From Thermomicrobiales bacterium (GTDB lineage Bacteria > Chloroflexota > Chloroflexia > Thermomicrobiales > UBA6265), in contig JAGQGU010000041.1 of NCBI GenBank assembly GCA_020432165.1, positions 40,115-104,114 of the forward strand: a DNA stretch of 64,000 nucleotides, in the 5' to 3' direction. The notes under the pieces are model-generated. The model worked only from the letters and a program-made list of their open reading frames with translations, did not search any database and was not told the origin of the DNA. Both the position numbers and the translations under genes were made by a program. Shown here one piece after another: positions 46,633 through 56,138 of the stretch. Within the stretch, counting starts at the first letter, position 1. Every line of letters begins with the position of its first letter.

Positions 46633-48320
46633 CAATCGCCCGGACTCGCTGCCGGAGTGGGGTTCGTCTGCGAGAGATCGACAATTTGGATGTCGATACG
46701 ACCATCGTCGCGCGGCATACGCTTGAACCACCAACCCGGACTGATGGTGAGCTCGTAGCTCTCCCACTGCTCCACCTGATCCAGGCGAGCATGGGCAGCG
46801 TCCCACGATTTCCCAGCGATATCACCGCGAATATCGTTCATGAGATCGTCGCTCACCACCGCATATGCGGTAGCCGTGGCACTCACACGGAACTGCACAT
46901 TATCCGGCGATGATGCCAGCGCGAGCGGTGACTCCAGCACAACACTCTCCGGATCGATGGCATAGCCCTCTGGCACCTGTGCTTGCAGACTTTCCTGGAA
47001 ATACTCGGTGGTGAGTTGATCCACCTCGTTTTGGTCATAGATCAACCCGCTGGCATGCACGGTGCCACTCACGCTGATCTCCGCCGCACTATCGCCCACC
47101 TGTGCAGTCGTCTTATCCTTAGGTTGATCCGCCACCACCGAGGGTTCTACAACCGACTGACCCTCTGGCAACTGGCTATTCCAACCGGCAGCCGCAGCCT
47201 TCGTATAGTCGTTCACCAGCTTGTCGTCCAACGAGGTGATGTCGGCTTCGGCAACGATAGGCTCCTCAATATCGGTACCACCCTCGATGGCCGCGTCGCG
47301 ATTGCTGTAGTAGACACCGAGATCGGCAATTACGCCGGTGAGGATACCCGGCTCGGCGTTGCCAGCGCTGCCAGCTTCCGTCGCTGTCACTGAGACCGTG
47401 GCTTCGCCAGAGACGTTATTGGCGGCGGCGGGCACCTTAACATCGCTATCAGTGGTGTAGCTGGCACCAGCGTGAATGCTGAGGGTAGTTCCCGCAGGCA
47501 CAGTGACTTCTGCTCCGGTGGGATTGCGCAGAATCACCTCGCCGTGTGCGGTCTCCTGCGGAGTACGCTTCACACCGGTCGTCTTGACGGTGATCGTATA
47601 CGGCACATCCGCCTCAGCAGCCGTGGCGGGCACAGTGAATGCGATATCGCTGGGCAGGTTCGCTCCCTCCGCTGCTACCGCGTAATTGACCTCGGAGGTA
47701 ACGGACGTCGTCTTCGGGGTCGCTACCACGGTGACGTTCGGCAGTGCATACCAACCGGCAATCGTGGCGAATAAGCCGATGGAAACAACGACCGCGAGAA
47801 TCTTGCCAATCTTGCGGGCGGTCGCTCCGATAGCCGCATCACTATCTGTATCCAACTCGATGTAATCCAGCGAGCCGGTGCCGTTACCCTTGGGGCGATG
47901 GGACTCTTCACGATCCACATGACCCGGATCGGAACGACGCTTGCGCTTGCGTGGTTGATCGTCGTTTGGCTGCTGTACCCAGGTATCGTAGGCACGCGTG
48001 TTCCCGAGCAGCGTATCGGGTGGTCGCCACCCGCCTTTGGCAGCGGCCGCTTCGGAGGTGGTGCGGATACCGAACATGCTCGCGAGCTGATTACGCAGAC
48101 TGACATTGCTCTCAATGGTCAACTGCACACCCGCGCGCTCGGCGGTATCCTTCAGCGCCCGGAATTCTGCCACCGTGAGCAACACCGGGCACTGATCCGG
48201 CACCACCAGCACGATCGCCTCATCGACATGTCGGCGTACTTCGGTGAGTACGGCCGGCATGGAAGCGTCTGCATCAATCAGCACATGTGTTGGTGGCGGC
48301 GGATCCTGGCGCTTCGGCAT
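46632..48320 (-). CDS. hypothetical single-pass membrane protein (T/V/A-rich beta-type ectodomain)
   Basis: 562 aa; cytoplasmic N-terminal region with a KRKRR stretch, TM ILAVVVSIGLFATIAGWYAL; 1-nt overlaps with alaS stop and ruvX start. Confidence 0.6.
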   Translation of the reverse strand: MPKRQDPPPPTHVLIDADASMPAVLTEVRRHVDEAIVLVVPDQCPVLLTVAEFRALKDTAERAGVQLTIESNVSLRNQLASMFGIRTTSEAAAAKGGWRPPDTLLGNTRAYDTWVQQPNDDQPRKRKRRSDPGHVDREESHRPKGNGTGSLDYIELDTDSDAAIGATARKIGKILAVVVSIGLFATIAGWYALPNVTVVATPKTTSVTSEVNYAVAAEGANLPSDIAFTVPATAAEADVPYTITVKTTGVKRTPQETAHGEVILRNPTGAEVTVPAGTTLSIHAGASYTTDSDVKVPAAANNVSGEATVSVTATEAGSAGNAEPGILTGVIADLGVYYSNRDAAIEGGTDIEEPIVAEADITSLDDKLVNDYTKAAAAGWNSQLPEGQSVVEPSVVADQPKDKTTAQVGDSAAEISVSGTVHASGLIYDQNEVDQLTTEYFQESLQAQVPEGYAIDPESVVLESPLALASSPDNVQFRVSATATAYAVVSDDLMNDIRGDIAGKSWDAAHARLDQVEQWESYELTISPGWWFKRMPRDDGRIDIQIVDLSQTNPTPAASPGD

Positions 48321-50980
48321 CAGGCCGAAACCTTCCCGCTAACAATGTCGCTTACCGCGGCCAGTGCGGCCTGAAGACCGTCTGGATTCTTTCCGCCCGC
48401 CTCCGCGAGTTCAGGTCGGCCACCGCCACGACCGTCGATATGACTCGCGATCTCGCGAATAATATCGCCCGCCTTCACACCGCGAGCAACCAGATCCGGT
48501 GTCACCATGGCGAGCAAACTGGGCGAACCCTCAATGACTGCTCCCAATACGATCACACCGCTCTGGACCTTGTCCCGCGTGCGATCGCCCATCTGGCGCA
48601 GGCTATTCTTGTCCGAAACATCAACCGTGCTGGTCACCAGGGTGATATCGCCGATTGTGATAGCTGTGCTCAGGAGATCACCCGATTTCGCGCCTGCCAA
48701 TTGCCCACGCAAATCTGCGAGTTCCCGCTCCTGGAGACGAGTGCGATCCTGGAGGCTCTTGACCGTCTCAGGTACATCGGTCCATTGCACCTTGAGATCG
48801 CGGCCCATTTCTTCCAGCAGTTGCTGCTGGCCGAGCATGCGCTCGGTGGCGGCGAAGCCGGTAAGTGCCTCGATACGGCGAACACCACTGGCGACACTAC
48901 CTTCGGAAGTAATAATGAATGTCCCGATTTCACCGGTGCGGCTGACGTGTGTACCGCCGCAGAGTTCCATCGAAATATCATCGATCTTCACCACGCGCAC
49001 ACGTTCGCCATACTTTTCGCCGAAGAGCGCCATCGCGCCCGCAGCAATCGCTTCTTTCTGCGCCATTTCATCGGTGATTACCGGGCGATCGGCGACGATT
49101 TCCCGATTCACGATCTCGCTAATCGTCCGCACCTGGCTGGCCGTGACCGGTTCCAGCGATGTGAAGTCGAAACGGAGACGATCAGGCGCGACCAACGATC
49201 CCGCCTGATGCGTATCGGTACCGATGACTGTGCGCAACGCCTTGTGCAGCAGGTGGGTCGCGGTGTGATTACGTCGAATCTGGGAGCGACGATAGGCGTC
49301 TACCTTGGCGCTCACCGTCTCACCGACCCGGATGAATCCTTCCTGCACGGTCCCACGATGCACAAAGAGATCGGGAGTGGGCTTGCGCGTGTCATCGACA
49401 TCGAAGAGACCCGTTTCGGCGTGTATCTTGCCGATATCGCCGACCTGACCGCCGGATTCCGCATAGAACGGCGTGCGATCCAGCACCAGCTCGATCTGCT
49501 CGCCCGCTTCCGCCTGCTCCTGAGCGCCGTTGCTACCAAGGATGGCGACAATGGTCGCTTCCGCGGCCGTGGTCTCGTAACCGAGGAACGTTGTGCGGGG
49601 CTGAATGGCGGCGTAGAGCTCGCCCCAGTTACGCTCGCCAGTATTGAAGGCGGCGCCAGAGCGACTCGTTTCGCGCTGATGATCCATCGCGGCCTTGTAG
49701 CCGGCATCGTCCACGCTGAGACCTTCCTCAAGCCCAAGCTCGACGGTGAGATCGTACGGAAAGCCGTAGGTATCGTAGAGACGGAAGGCTTCCTCGCCCG
49801 GAATGATGGTCTCTCCGCGTTCCTTGAGCTCGGTCGTCAACGCCTGCAAACGGTTCATACCCGAGGCGAGTGTCTTTCCGAAGCTTGCTTCCTCGTAGGC
49901 CATGACCTTCATGATCTGACTGCGACGTTCTTCCAGCTCCGGGTGCCAGCCACCGAACTGATCGATCACGGCACTGCCGAGCTCGGCGATGAATTCGCCT
50001 TCGATCCCAAGCGTGCGCGCATGGCGGATCGCCTTGCGCATCACGCGCCGAAGCACGTAACTGCGCCCTTCGTTCCCGGGCAGCACGCCATCGCCAATGA
50101 GGAAGACAGAGCCGCGGGTATGATCGGCAACGATGCGAACTGAACGATCAATGGTCGGATCAATACCGTAGCTCACACCAGCGCGCTCGCAGATGCGATC
50201 GATGATCGGCTTGTAGAAATCGGTCTCGTACATGGTGCGGGCACCCTGCACGATCAGCACCAGGCGCTCCAGACCCATGCCAGTATCGACACACGGCTTG
50301 GCGAGCGGAGAACGCACACCATCGGCCGTCGTGTTGTACTGCATGAAGACGTTGTTCCAGATCTCAAGGTAGCGGGGGCAGTCGCATCCCGGGGCACAAT
50401 CGGGCGATCCACAGCCCCATTGCTCACCACGGTCGATGTAGACCTCACTATCCGGTCCATTCGGACCGGTGGGGCCAGCCTGCCACCAGTTATCTTCCAG
50501 TCGGCCAATGCGCTCTTCCGGCACGCCGATTTCATCGCGCCAGATAAGGAAGCTCTCCTCGTCATCCGGATGGATGGTGGGATAGAGTCGCTCGGCCGGG
50601 AAGTGCATCCACTCGGTGAGGAACTCCCACGTGTAGGCGAGGCTCTCATGCTTGAAGTAATCGCGCACGCTGAAGTTGCCCAACATAAAGAAGAAGGTGC
50701 TGTGGCTTTCATCGCCGACTTCATCGATATCGACCGTGCGGAAGCACTTCTGCACGGTGCACATGCGCGGAGCCGGAGGTGTCTCCAGCCCAAGGAAGTA
50801 TGGAATCATTTGCTGCATACCGGCAGTGGTCAGCAAGACGCTGGTATCGCCTGCTGGCGGAACCAGACTGCTGCTGCTGACATGCAAATGCTGCTTGCTT
50901 TCAAAGAACTCGACGAAACGCTGACGGATTTCGAATCCGGACATCCAGGGCATGCCGAACTCGTTCACCTGGGTAGACAT
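48320..50980 (-). CDS. alaS: alanine--tRNA ligase
   Basis: 886 aa; class II AlaRS blocks FFESKQH, TTAGMQ, FEMLGNFS-like FFMLGNFS, editing-domain HTATHLLH, CGGTH. Confidence 0.97.
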   Translation of the reverse strand: MSTQVNEFGMPWMSGFEIRQRFVEFFESKQHLHVSSSSLVPPAGDTSVLLTTAGMQQMIPYFLGLETPPAPRMCTVQKCFRTVDIDEVGDESHSTFFFMLGNFSVRDYFKHESLAYTWEFLTEWMHFPAERLYPTIHPDDEESFLIWRDEIGVPEERIGRLEDNWWQAGPTGPNGPDSEVYIDRGEQWGCGSPDCAPGCDCPRYLEIWNNVFMQYNTTADGVRSPLAKPCVDTGMGLERLVLIVQGARTMYETDFYKPIIDRICERAGVSYGIDPTIDRSVRIVADHTRGSVFLIGDGVLPGNEGRSYVLRRVMRKAIRHARTLGIEGEFIAELGSAVIDQFGGWHPELEERRSQIMKVMAYEEASFGKTLASGMNRLQALTTELKERGETIIPGEEAFRLYDTYGFPYDLTVELGLEEGLSVDDAGYKAAMDHQRETSRSGAAFNTGERNWGELYAAIQPRTTFLGYETTAAEATIVAILGSNGAQEQAEAGEQIELVLDRTPFYAESGGQVGDIGKIHAETGLFDVDDTRKPTPDLFVHRGTVQEGFIRVGETVSAKVDAYRRSQIRRNHTATHLLHKALRTVIGTDTHQAGSLVAPDRLRFDFTSLEPVTASQVRTISEIVNREIVADRPVITDEMAQKEAIAAGAMALFGEKYGERVRVVKIDDISMELCGGTHVSRTGEIGTFIITSEGSVASGVRRIEALTGFAATERMLGQQQLLEEMGRDLKVQWTDVPETVKSLQDRTRLQERELADLRGQLAGAKSGDLLSTAITIGDITLVTSTVDVSDKNSLRQMGDRTRDKVQSGVIVLGAVIEGSPSLLAMVTPDLVARGVKAGDIIREIASHIDGRGGGRPELAEAGGKNPDGLQAALAAVSDIVSGKVSA

Positions 50981-51304
50981 GAGGGTGTACTCCCGAAATT
51001 AAGGCTTAGGAACGGGTAGCTGCGATTGCTGGTGCGAACGCACCGCTGGTAGCCTCGGCCTCTCCTCCGAATGCACGGGAACTATGGTGATGTAACGAGA
51101 GGTGAGGCATGGGGTACGCGCACTCCCTGGAAAGATCGCTCATTCAGAAGAGCGACAACACAATCAACCCATGGCAGATCGCCGGGCTGAGAACTATTGT
51201 GGCAGAAAAGCGCAGGCCACGGCAATTGCTATGATGATGAGTATGCAGTCTCGCATGCTCCAAAGGGGAACACAACGCGGCCGACAATCATTGGAGGTAC
51301 ATCA

Positions 51305-51481
51305 ATGAAATACCAAAGCAGCGGCATTGTCTGGGCAGTGCTCGGCATCATCTATGGTGTCGGAGGTGTGTTGGTCAACCAGGGATGGTGGTGGATTGGC
51401 GGCTCGGCTTTCCTGGCGATTGTGGCGGTAACCACACCGATATGGCGGCAGTGGCTACCCGAAATTGATGAAAAGAAGTGA
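51305..51481 (+). CDS. small hypothetical membrane protein
   Basis: 58 aa from ATG 51305 (GGAGG upstream); two hydrophobic helices; weak call. Confidence 0.4.
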   Translation: MKYQSSGIVWAVLGIIYGVGGVLVNQGWWWIGGSAFLAIVAVTTPIWRQWLPEIDEKK

Positions 51482-51483
51482 CT

Positions 51484-51525
51484 AAAGCAAAGGGGCCGAG
51501 CTTTCATGCTCGGCCCCTTTGCTTT
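51484..51525. terminator. bidirectional terminator hairpin
   Basis: perfect 18-bp stem AAAGCAAAGGGGCCGAGC/GCTCGGCCCCTTTGCTTT, loop TTTCAT, A/T runs on both sides; between convergent stops. Confidence 0.7.
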
Positions 51526-52003
51526 AGTTCTCCAGTAGCGCCTTGATATCCGGTTCAATGCTGGATGGGACTTCCCGAGGGCCGTAGCGCTTCACCACAT
51601 TACCATCGCCATCGATCAGGAACTTGGTGAAGTTCCATTCGATGTCAGGACCACTTTCGGCCGGCTTCTCATCCTCCAGATAGAGGTAGAGTGGATCGGC
51701 ATTCTCGCCATTGACATCGATCTTGGCCATCACCGGGAAAGTGACGTTGTAGTTCACGCTGCAGAATTCCTGAATCTCTTCATTGGTGCCTGGTTCCTGA
51801 CCCCCAAACTGATTGCAGGGAAAGCCAAGAACTGTGAACTGATCGCCGCCGAACGTTTGCTGAAGCTGCTCCAGTCCTTCGTACTGCGGAGTCATGCCAC
51901 ATTTGCTGGCGGTGTTGACAATCAACAACGTCGTACCCGCATAGTCAGCCAACGGCTTATGTTCACCGGTTGCTGTTTCCACAATGAAATCGTGCACATT
52001 CAT
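51524..52003 (-). CDS. glutathione peroxidase (Cys-type)
   Basis: 159 aa; LIVNTASKCGMTPQY, LGFPCNQFGGQEPG, WNFTKFL. Confidence 0.9.
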   Translation of the reverse strand: MNVHDFIVETATGEHKPLADYAGTTLLIVNTASKCGMTPQYEGLEQLQQTFGGDQFTVLGFPCNQFGGQEPGTNEEIQEFCSVNYNVTFPVMAKIDVNGENADPLYLYLEDEKPAESGPDIEWNFTKFLIDGDGNVVKRYGPREVPSSIEPDIKALLEN

Positions 52004-52075
52004 ATCTGCATCCTTTCAGATCAGGTGAATCCCGGACGACTGCCCGGGATTCCATAGTAACGGAGGATGACTATC

Positions 52076-53647
52076 CTAGTGCATTGCCGCCATTGATGCT
52101 TCCGATGCGTGATCGGCACTGCTGCGCAGCGGGATCTCCTTCAGGAAGAGCGCAACCACGAAGGCAACAACGACGAACGGAACCGCCACCAGGAAGACAT
52201 CTGTCATCGCGTTGGTGAACGATCCCAGCACAATGCTGCGCATGGGTTCTTCCAGCGCCTGCATGGCGGAGATATCGTTGGCGCCAACACTACCGGCGCT
52301 GGCGGCACCAGCGGGCAGATCGACGCCTCGCAGAGCGTCCTCCAGATGCACAGACAAGCGGGTGTTCAGGATCGCGCCGAAGAGTGCGGTACCCACGGCA
52401 CCACCCAGGTTACGGGTGAAGGTGACGGCACTGGTCGCCACACCCATATCGCGCATCGGTACGGCATTCTGCACAGCCACCATGGTGGTTTGCATGGTGA
52501 ATCCAAGCCCCATACCAAAGAGTAGAACAAAGAACGCCAGGTGCCAGTATGGTGTGTCGATCTTGATAGTGCTCAGGAGGAGCAAGCCAGCCACGACAAT
52601 TGCCGCGCCCACGATCGGATAAATCTTGTACTTCCCTGAACGAGTAATCATCTGGCCGGAACCGATGCTCATGCTGAGCACACCGACCATCATCGGCATC
52701 ATCGCGAAGCCGGATCGGGTGGCGGAGAAGCCCATCACGCCCTGGAAGTAGATCGGGATGAAGATGATGCCGCCGAACATGGCGAGACCCATGATGAAGC
52801 CGTAGATATTCGCGATGGTGAAGATACCGTTACGGAACAGCCCCATCGGCAGAATCGGCTCGGTCTGCCGGAGTTCAACGAAGACAAAGACAACGGTCAG
52901 GATAATAGCCGCAGCCACAAAGGCCAATGCCCGTGGATCGCTCCAGCCGTAGTGTTCACCCGCCCAGTTCAGATAGAGCAGGAAGGTGCTCACCGCAGCG
53001 ACTACGAATCCGGCGCCCAGCCAGTCGATCTTGTGATCGCGGCGGACAACAGGAATCTTCAATGCAACCGAGGTGATGAAGAGGGCAGCAATACCAATGG
53101 GGACATTGATGTAGAAGATCCAGCGCCAGCTAATGACATCGGTCAACCAACCACCGATAAGTGGACCAGCCACGGAACTCACACCGAAAACGGCACCAAA
53201 ATAGCCCTGGTAGCGGCCGCGTTCGCGCGGCGGAATAACATCACCGATGATCGCCAGCGCGATGGACATCAGGCCACCGCCGCCGATACCCTGCACGGCG
53301 CGGAAGATGATCAGCATCGCCATATTTTGAGCGGCACCGCTGAAAACCGAGCCAATCAGGAAGATGATGATGGCAAGCTGGAAGATCTTCTTGCGACCAT
53401 AGAGGTCGCTGACCTTACCCCAAATAGGTGTGGAAGCCGTGCTTGCGAGCAAGTAGGCGGTAACCACCCAGGCAAGATGGTTCAAACCTCCCAGTTCACT
53501 GACGATGTGAGGCAACGCCACACCGACAATACTCTGGTCCAGTGCCGAGAGGAACATACCGCTCATAACACCGACCATCACTGCCAAGATTTGACGATGC
53601 GTCAGCGGTGCTCCCGGTGGCGTGATCGATTCTTCGACTGTTGACAT
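52076..53647 (-). CDS. MFS transporter, DHA2 (EmrB/QacA-like, 14-TMS) family
   Basis: 523 aa; [12 protein letters not shown] motif, ~14 hydrophobic helices; divergent from the TetR gene. Confidence 0.85.
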   Translation of the reverse strand: MSTVEESITPPGAPLTHRQILAVMVGVMSGMFLSALDQSIVGVALPHIVSELGGLNHLAWVVTAYLLASTASTPIWGKVSDLYGRKKIFQLAIIIFLIGSVFSGAAQNMAMLIIFRAVQGIGGGGLMSIALAIIGDVIPPRERGRYQGYFGAVFGVSSVAGPLIGGWLTDVISWRWIFYINVPIGIAALFITSVALKIPVVRRDHKIDWLGAGFVVAAVSTFLLYLNWAGEHYGWSDPRALAFVAAAIILTVVFVFVELRQTEPILPMGLFRNGIFTIANIYGFIMGLAMFGGIIFIPIYFQGVMGFSATRSGFAMMPMMVGVLSMSIGSGQMITRSGKYKIYPIVGAAIVVAGLLLLSTIKIDTPYWHLAFFVLLFGMGLGFTMQTTMVAVQNAVPMRDMGVATSAVTFTRNLGGAVGTALFGAILNTRLSVHLEDALRGVDLPAGAASAGSVGANDISAMQALEEPMRSIVLGSFTNAMTDVFLVAVPFVVVAFVVALFLKEIPLRSSADHASEASMAAMH

Positions 53648-53665
53648 TGGTTCACTTTCTCCCTA

Positions 53666-53681
53666 CCGACCGGTTGGTCGG
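53666..53681. promoter_or_regulatory. candidate TetR operator palindrome
   Basis: CCGACC-GGTT-GGTCGG in the 58-bp MFS/TetR divergent region. Confidence 0.3.
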
Positions 53682-53705
53682 ATGATGCAGAGCGAACTAT
53701 ACTGA

Positions 53706-54374
53706 TTGCGGCGGAGTCCGTCAATACCTTACAGGAGATCATTTTCAGCAGTGGTAATTCCCAAAGCACAATCCAGTGAAGCACGAGACCGGGTGCTCAA
53801 CTCGGCCTATACGCTTTTTGTGCAATCGGGCTATACCGATGTCTCCATGCAGCAGATAGCGGATGCCGCTGCGATCACCAAGGCGACGCTCTACCATCAC
53901 TTCCGCGACAAGCAGGAACTCTATATAGAAACCATGCGGCTCGCTATTGATCGGTCGCAATGCTATTTCCGCGACAATCTGAACGATTCTGATGATCTAC
54001 GAGAAACGCTGCACGCCCTGGTGAACTACCACTTCGGCACACACAAAACGGATATGCAGCGCTTGTCATCCGACTTCAAACGCTATGTCGATCAGGAAAC
54101 GCAGGAAGCGTTCTGGCAGCAATACTGCCAACCCTGGGATTTCTTTTACCAGCCGCTGGCTGCCGCTATCGAACGGGGCGAAATTGTTCCGCAGGATGTG
54201 GATACGCTGGCACGATATCTCTTCGGAGCTATTGCGGGCGTGGCGATGACGCAGCATGTCCATCACCGAAGATCAATACCCGATACCGAGGAGATCGATC
54301 TCTACATCGACTTCCTGCTGCGCGGATTGGCTCCTACCCCAATGCCTCTCGCAAACGCTCAAGCGCGCGATTGA
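53706..54374 (+). CDS. TetR/AcrR family transcriptional regulator
   Basis: HTH block VSMQQIADAAAITKATLYHHFRDKQELY; start uncertain (TTG 53706 or GTG 53751). Confidence 0.85.
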   Translation: MRRSPSIPYRRSFSAVVIPKAQSSEARDRVLNSAYTLFVQSGYTDVSMQQIADAAAITKATLYHHFRDKQELYIETMRLAIDRSQCYFRDNLNDSDDLRETLHALVNYHFGTHKTDMQRLSSDFKRYVDQETQEAFWQQYCQPWDFFYQPLAAAIERGEIVPQDVDTLARYLFGAIAGVAMTQHVHHRRSIPDTEEIDLYIDFLLRGLAPTPMPLANAQARD

Positions 54375-55014
54375 GATCATCCTCCTCAGCAAATGGTGTC
54401 CCACCCGGTACCCGGATTGAGGATTGACCGATCACTTCAATGTCAGCGAGCGCCATCAATATCGGGTGAAGCGCGCCCGCCGACCTGCGGGCAGAGGCAA
54501 TGCGCGGCTTCGGCACGGATGATTTCCAGTCCGCACCCCAGGTTAATGTCAGCCATTGATCGACTGCCGGTTCAATCTGCCCCTTGTAGGCACGATCTGC
54601 AATGGCGCGCAACAGCCCCCCATCCGCTGCGATGGTCGCTGGATAGTTGATCGCCACTACGTCCCCTACTCGCTCTGACGCCATCGCCTGCAGCCGTTGC
54701 GCGATCATGGCACCCACCTCGAGTCCCACGATTGTCACTGGCTCTGTGATTTCGAGCGCATCCAGCACGGCGATCACGTCGCTCGCCAGGTCGTCGATCT
54801 GTAGTTGCACACCATGAATCGCCGAACTCGCACCGTGACCACGCAAATCGATGGTGACCACGCGGGCGGATTCCTCGAGTTCATCGGCCAGAGGTCGCAG
54901 GGCGACCCGATCCGATAGCAAGCCGTGCAAGAGCACGACCACCTGATCGCCCTCTCCCCGTATCTCATATGCGATCCGCACCAGACCGTTTTGCGCGAAT
55001 GAAGTTGTCGCCAT
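54334..55014 (-). CDS. alpha/beta hydrolase
   Basis: start trimmed to ATG 55014 (GAAGGGGG upstream); VVLLHGLL, nucleophile-elbow-like GLEVG; 41-nt convergent overlap with the TetR 3' end. Confidence 0.75.
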   Translation of the reverse strand: MATTSFAQNGLVRIAYEIRGEGDQVVVLLHGLLSDRVALRPLADELEESARVVTIDLRGHGASSAIHGVQLQIDDLASDVIAVLDALEITEPVTIVGLEVGAMIAQRLQAMASERVGDVVAINYPATIAADGGLLRAIADRAYKGQIEPAVDQWLTLTWGADWKSSVPKPRIASARRSAGALHPILMALADIEVIGQSSIRVPGGTPFAEEDDLNRALERLREALG

Positions 55015-55078
55015 AATTCCCCCTTCGCGCTCAATACTACCGCTCAAAAGTGCATGTGGTTGCCCCCATGATCCAGGT

Positions 55079-55137
55079 TTGACTTCCACGCTTCGTCGAC
55101 ACTACACTCTGCATGGATATATTGATACTTTGTATCA
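55079..55137 (+). promoter_or_regulatory. putative promoter (TTGACT-18-TACACT) and Fur-like 7-1-7 box
   Basis: TTGACT 55079-55084, TACACT 55103-55108, TGATACT-T-TGTATCA 55123-55137 just upstream of the RBS of the Fe-type ABC operon. Confidence 0.4.
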
Positions 55138-55157
55138 TTACTGAGGAGTACCATCCG

Positions 55158-56138
55158 ATGAAACGGCTCACAGTTACGCTCACTGCTGTCTTGTTCTTGC
55201 TCACTTCCCTGGTGTCATCGCCAGTATCAGCACAATCGCCGGAGGCCACAGCCTCTGCTCCGCGCACGCAATATCCTCTAACCATCGAAAATTGCGGTTC
55301 ACCACTGACATTTGCCGCCGCTCCCACGGGTGTCATCACCCTGGCCAACAACACCACCGAGATCATGCTCGCGCTGGGGTTGGAAGATCATATGGCAGGC
55401 ATCGTGGGCAAAATCAATAAACTTGATCTGGATTTGCAAGCCCGGGCCACGAGTGTAACCATCGTCGCGGAGACGGCATTCCCCTACCCGAGCCGGGAAG
55501 TCATTCTCGAAGCCAATCCCGACTTTCTGCTGAGCGGGTATGGTGGCGATTTCACCGAGAACGCATACGGTTCGCGCGAATACTACGCCGATCAGAATGT
55601 CGCGACATTCTATATGACCGACTCGTGTGGCAGCGGTGATCGCATTACTCTGGAAGACACCTACACCGATATCCTCACTCTCGGCCAGATCTTTGATGTC
55701 CAGGATCGTGCACAGGCGCTGGTGGCTTCAATGCAAGCTACGGCTGGCGACTATGTCAGCGATGATCCGGTGTCGGTATTCGTCTTCAGCGGCGATACGG
55801 TCGATTCCACCGCAACAATTGGTGGCGCACAGCTCCTGAGTGATCTCGTCTACCGTGCGGGCGGAGAGAATATCTTTGGTGATCTGGATGAGGCATGGAT
55901 GCCAGAGTCGAGCATGGAAGAGATCCTTGCGCACGATCCTGACTTCATCGTGATCACGCAATATGCAGCGATCGATCCGGATGACATCATCGCCTACTGG
56001 AAACAAGATCCGATCATGTCGCAGCTCTCCGCAGTGCAGAATGATCGCATCGTCGTCATCTCCACCACCTGGACCGTGCCGTCCATCCATAACGGTGATG
56101 CTATCCGGAAGATGCACGACGCCTTCTATGGCAACTAA
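55158..56138 (+). CDS. ABC transporter substrate-binding protein (iron-siderophore/cobalamin type)
   Basis: start ATG 55158 after GAGGAG; signal peptide MKRLTVTLTAVLFLLTSLVSSPVSA; followed by FecCD permease and ATPase genes. Confidence 0.8.
   Translation: MKRLTVTLTAVLFLLTSLVSSPVSAQSPEATASAPRTQYPLTIENCGSPLTFAAAPTGVITLANNTTEIMLALGLEDHMAGIVGKINKLDLDLQARATSVTIVAETAFPYPSREVILEANPDFLLSGYGGDFTENAYGSREYYADQNVATFYMTDSCGSGDRITLEDTYTDILTLGQIFDVQDRAQALVASMQATAGDYVSDDPVSVFVFSGDTVDSTATIGGAQLLSDLVYRAGGENIFGDLDEAWMPESSMEEILAHDPDFIVITQYAAIDPDDIIAYWKQDPIMSQLSAVQNDRIVVISTTWTVPSIHNGDAIRKMHDAFYGN

Noticed and set aside
48287-50143. 618-aa plus-strand ORF antisense to alaS
   Set aside because: The minus-strand product is an unmistakable full-length AlaRS. 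The plus ORF has a biased composition (R/A/G/H-rich) and no recognisable family.
50981-51304. The ~325-bp leader upstream of alaS considered as a T-box riboswitch
   Set aside because: Several hairpins exist on the alaS sense strand, for example GGTGC-GTTC-GCACC and CCTCTC...GAGAGG. I could not find the conserved T-box sequence (AGGGUGGNACCGCG-like), a convincing specifier loop with a GCN codon, or an antiterminator/terminator pair. It is still worth an Infernal RF00230 scan, but I do not claim it.
4602-51525. Other strong hairpins (4602-4631, 6475-6499, 25861-25886, 29325-29352, 33659-33689, 37527-37560, 44288-44323, 51484-51525) considered as members of the GTAG-REP family
   Set aside because: None has a GTAG head directly 5' of the stem on either strand. 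They are treated as ordinary terminators. The pair at 25861 and 29325 is similar simply because it belongs to the duplicated LPNTG gene unit.
54334-54374. 41-nt convergent overlap between the TetR and alpha/beta-hydrolase 3' ends
   Set aside because: Convergent 3' overlaps of this size are common in compact high-GC genomes. Nothing else is unusual here.
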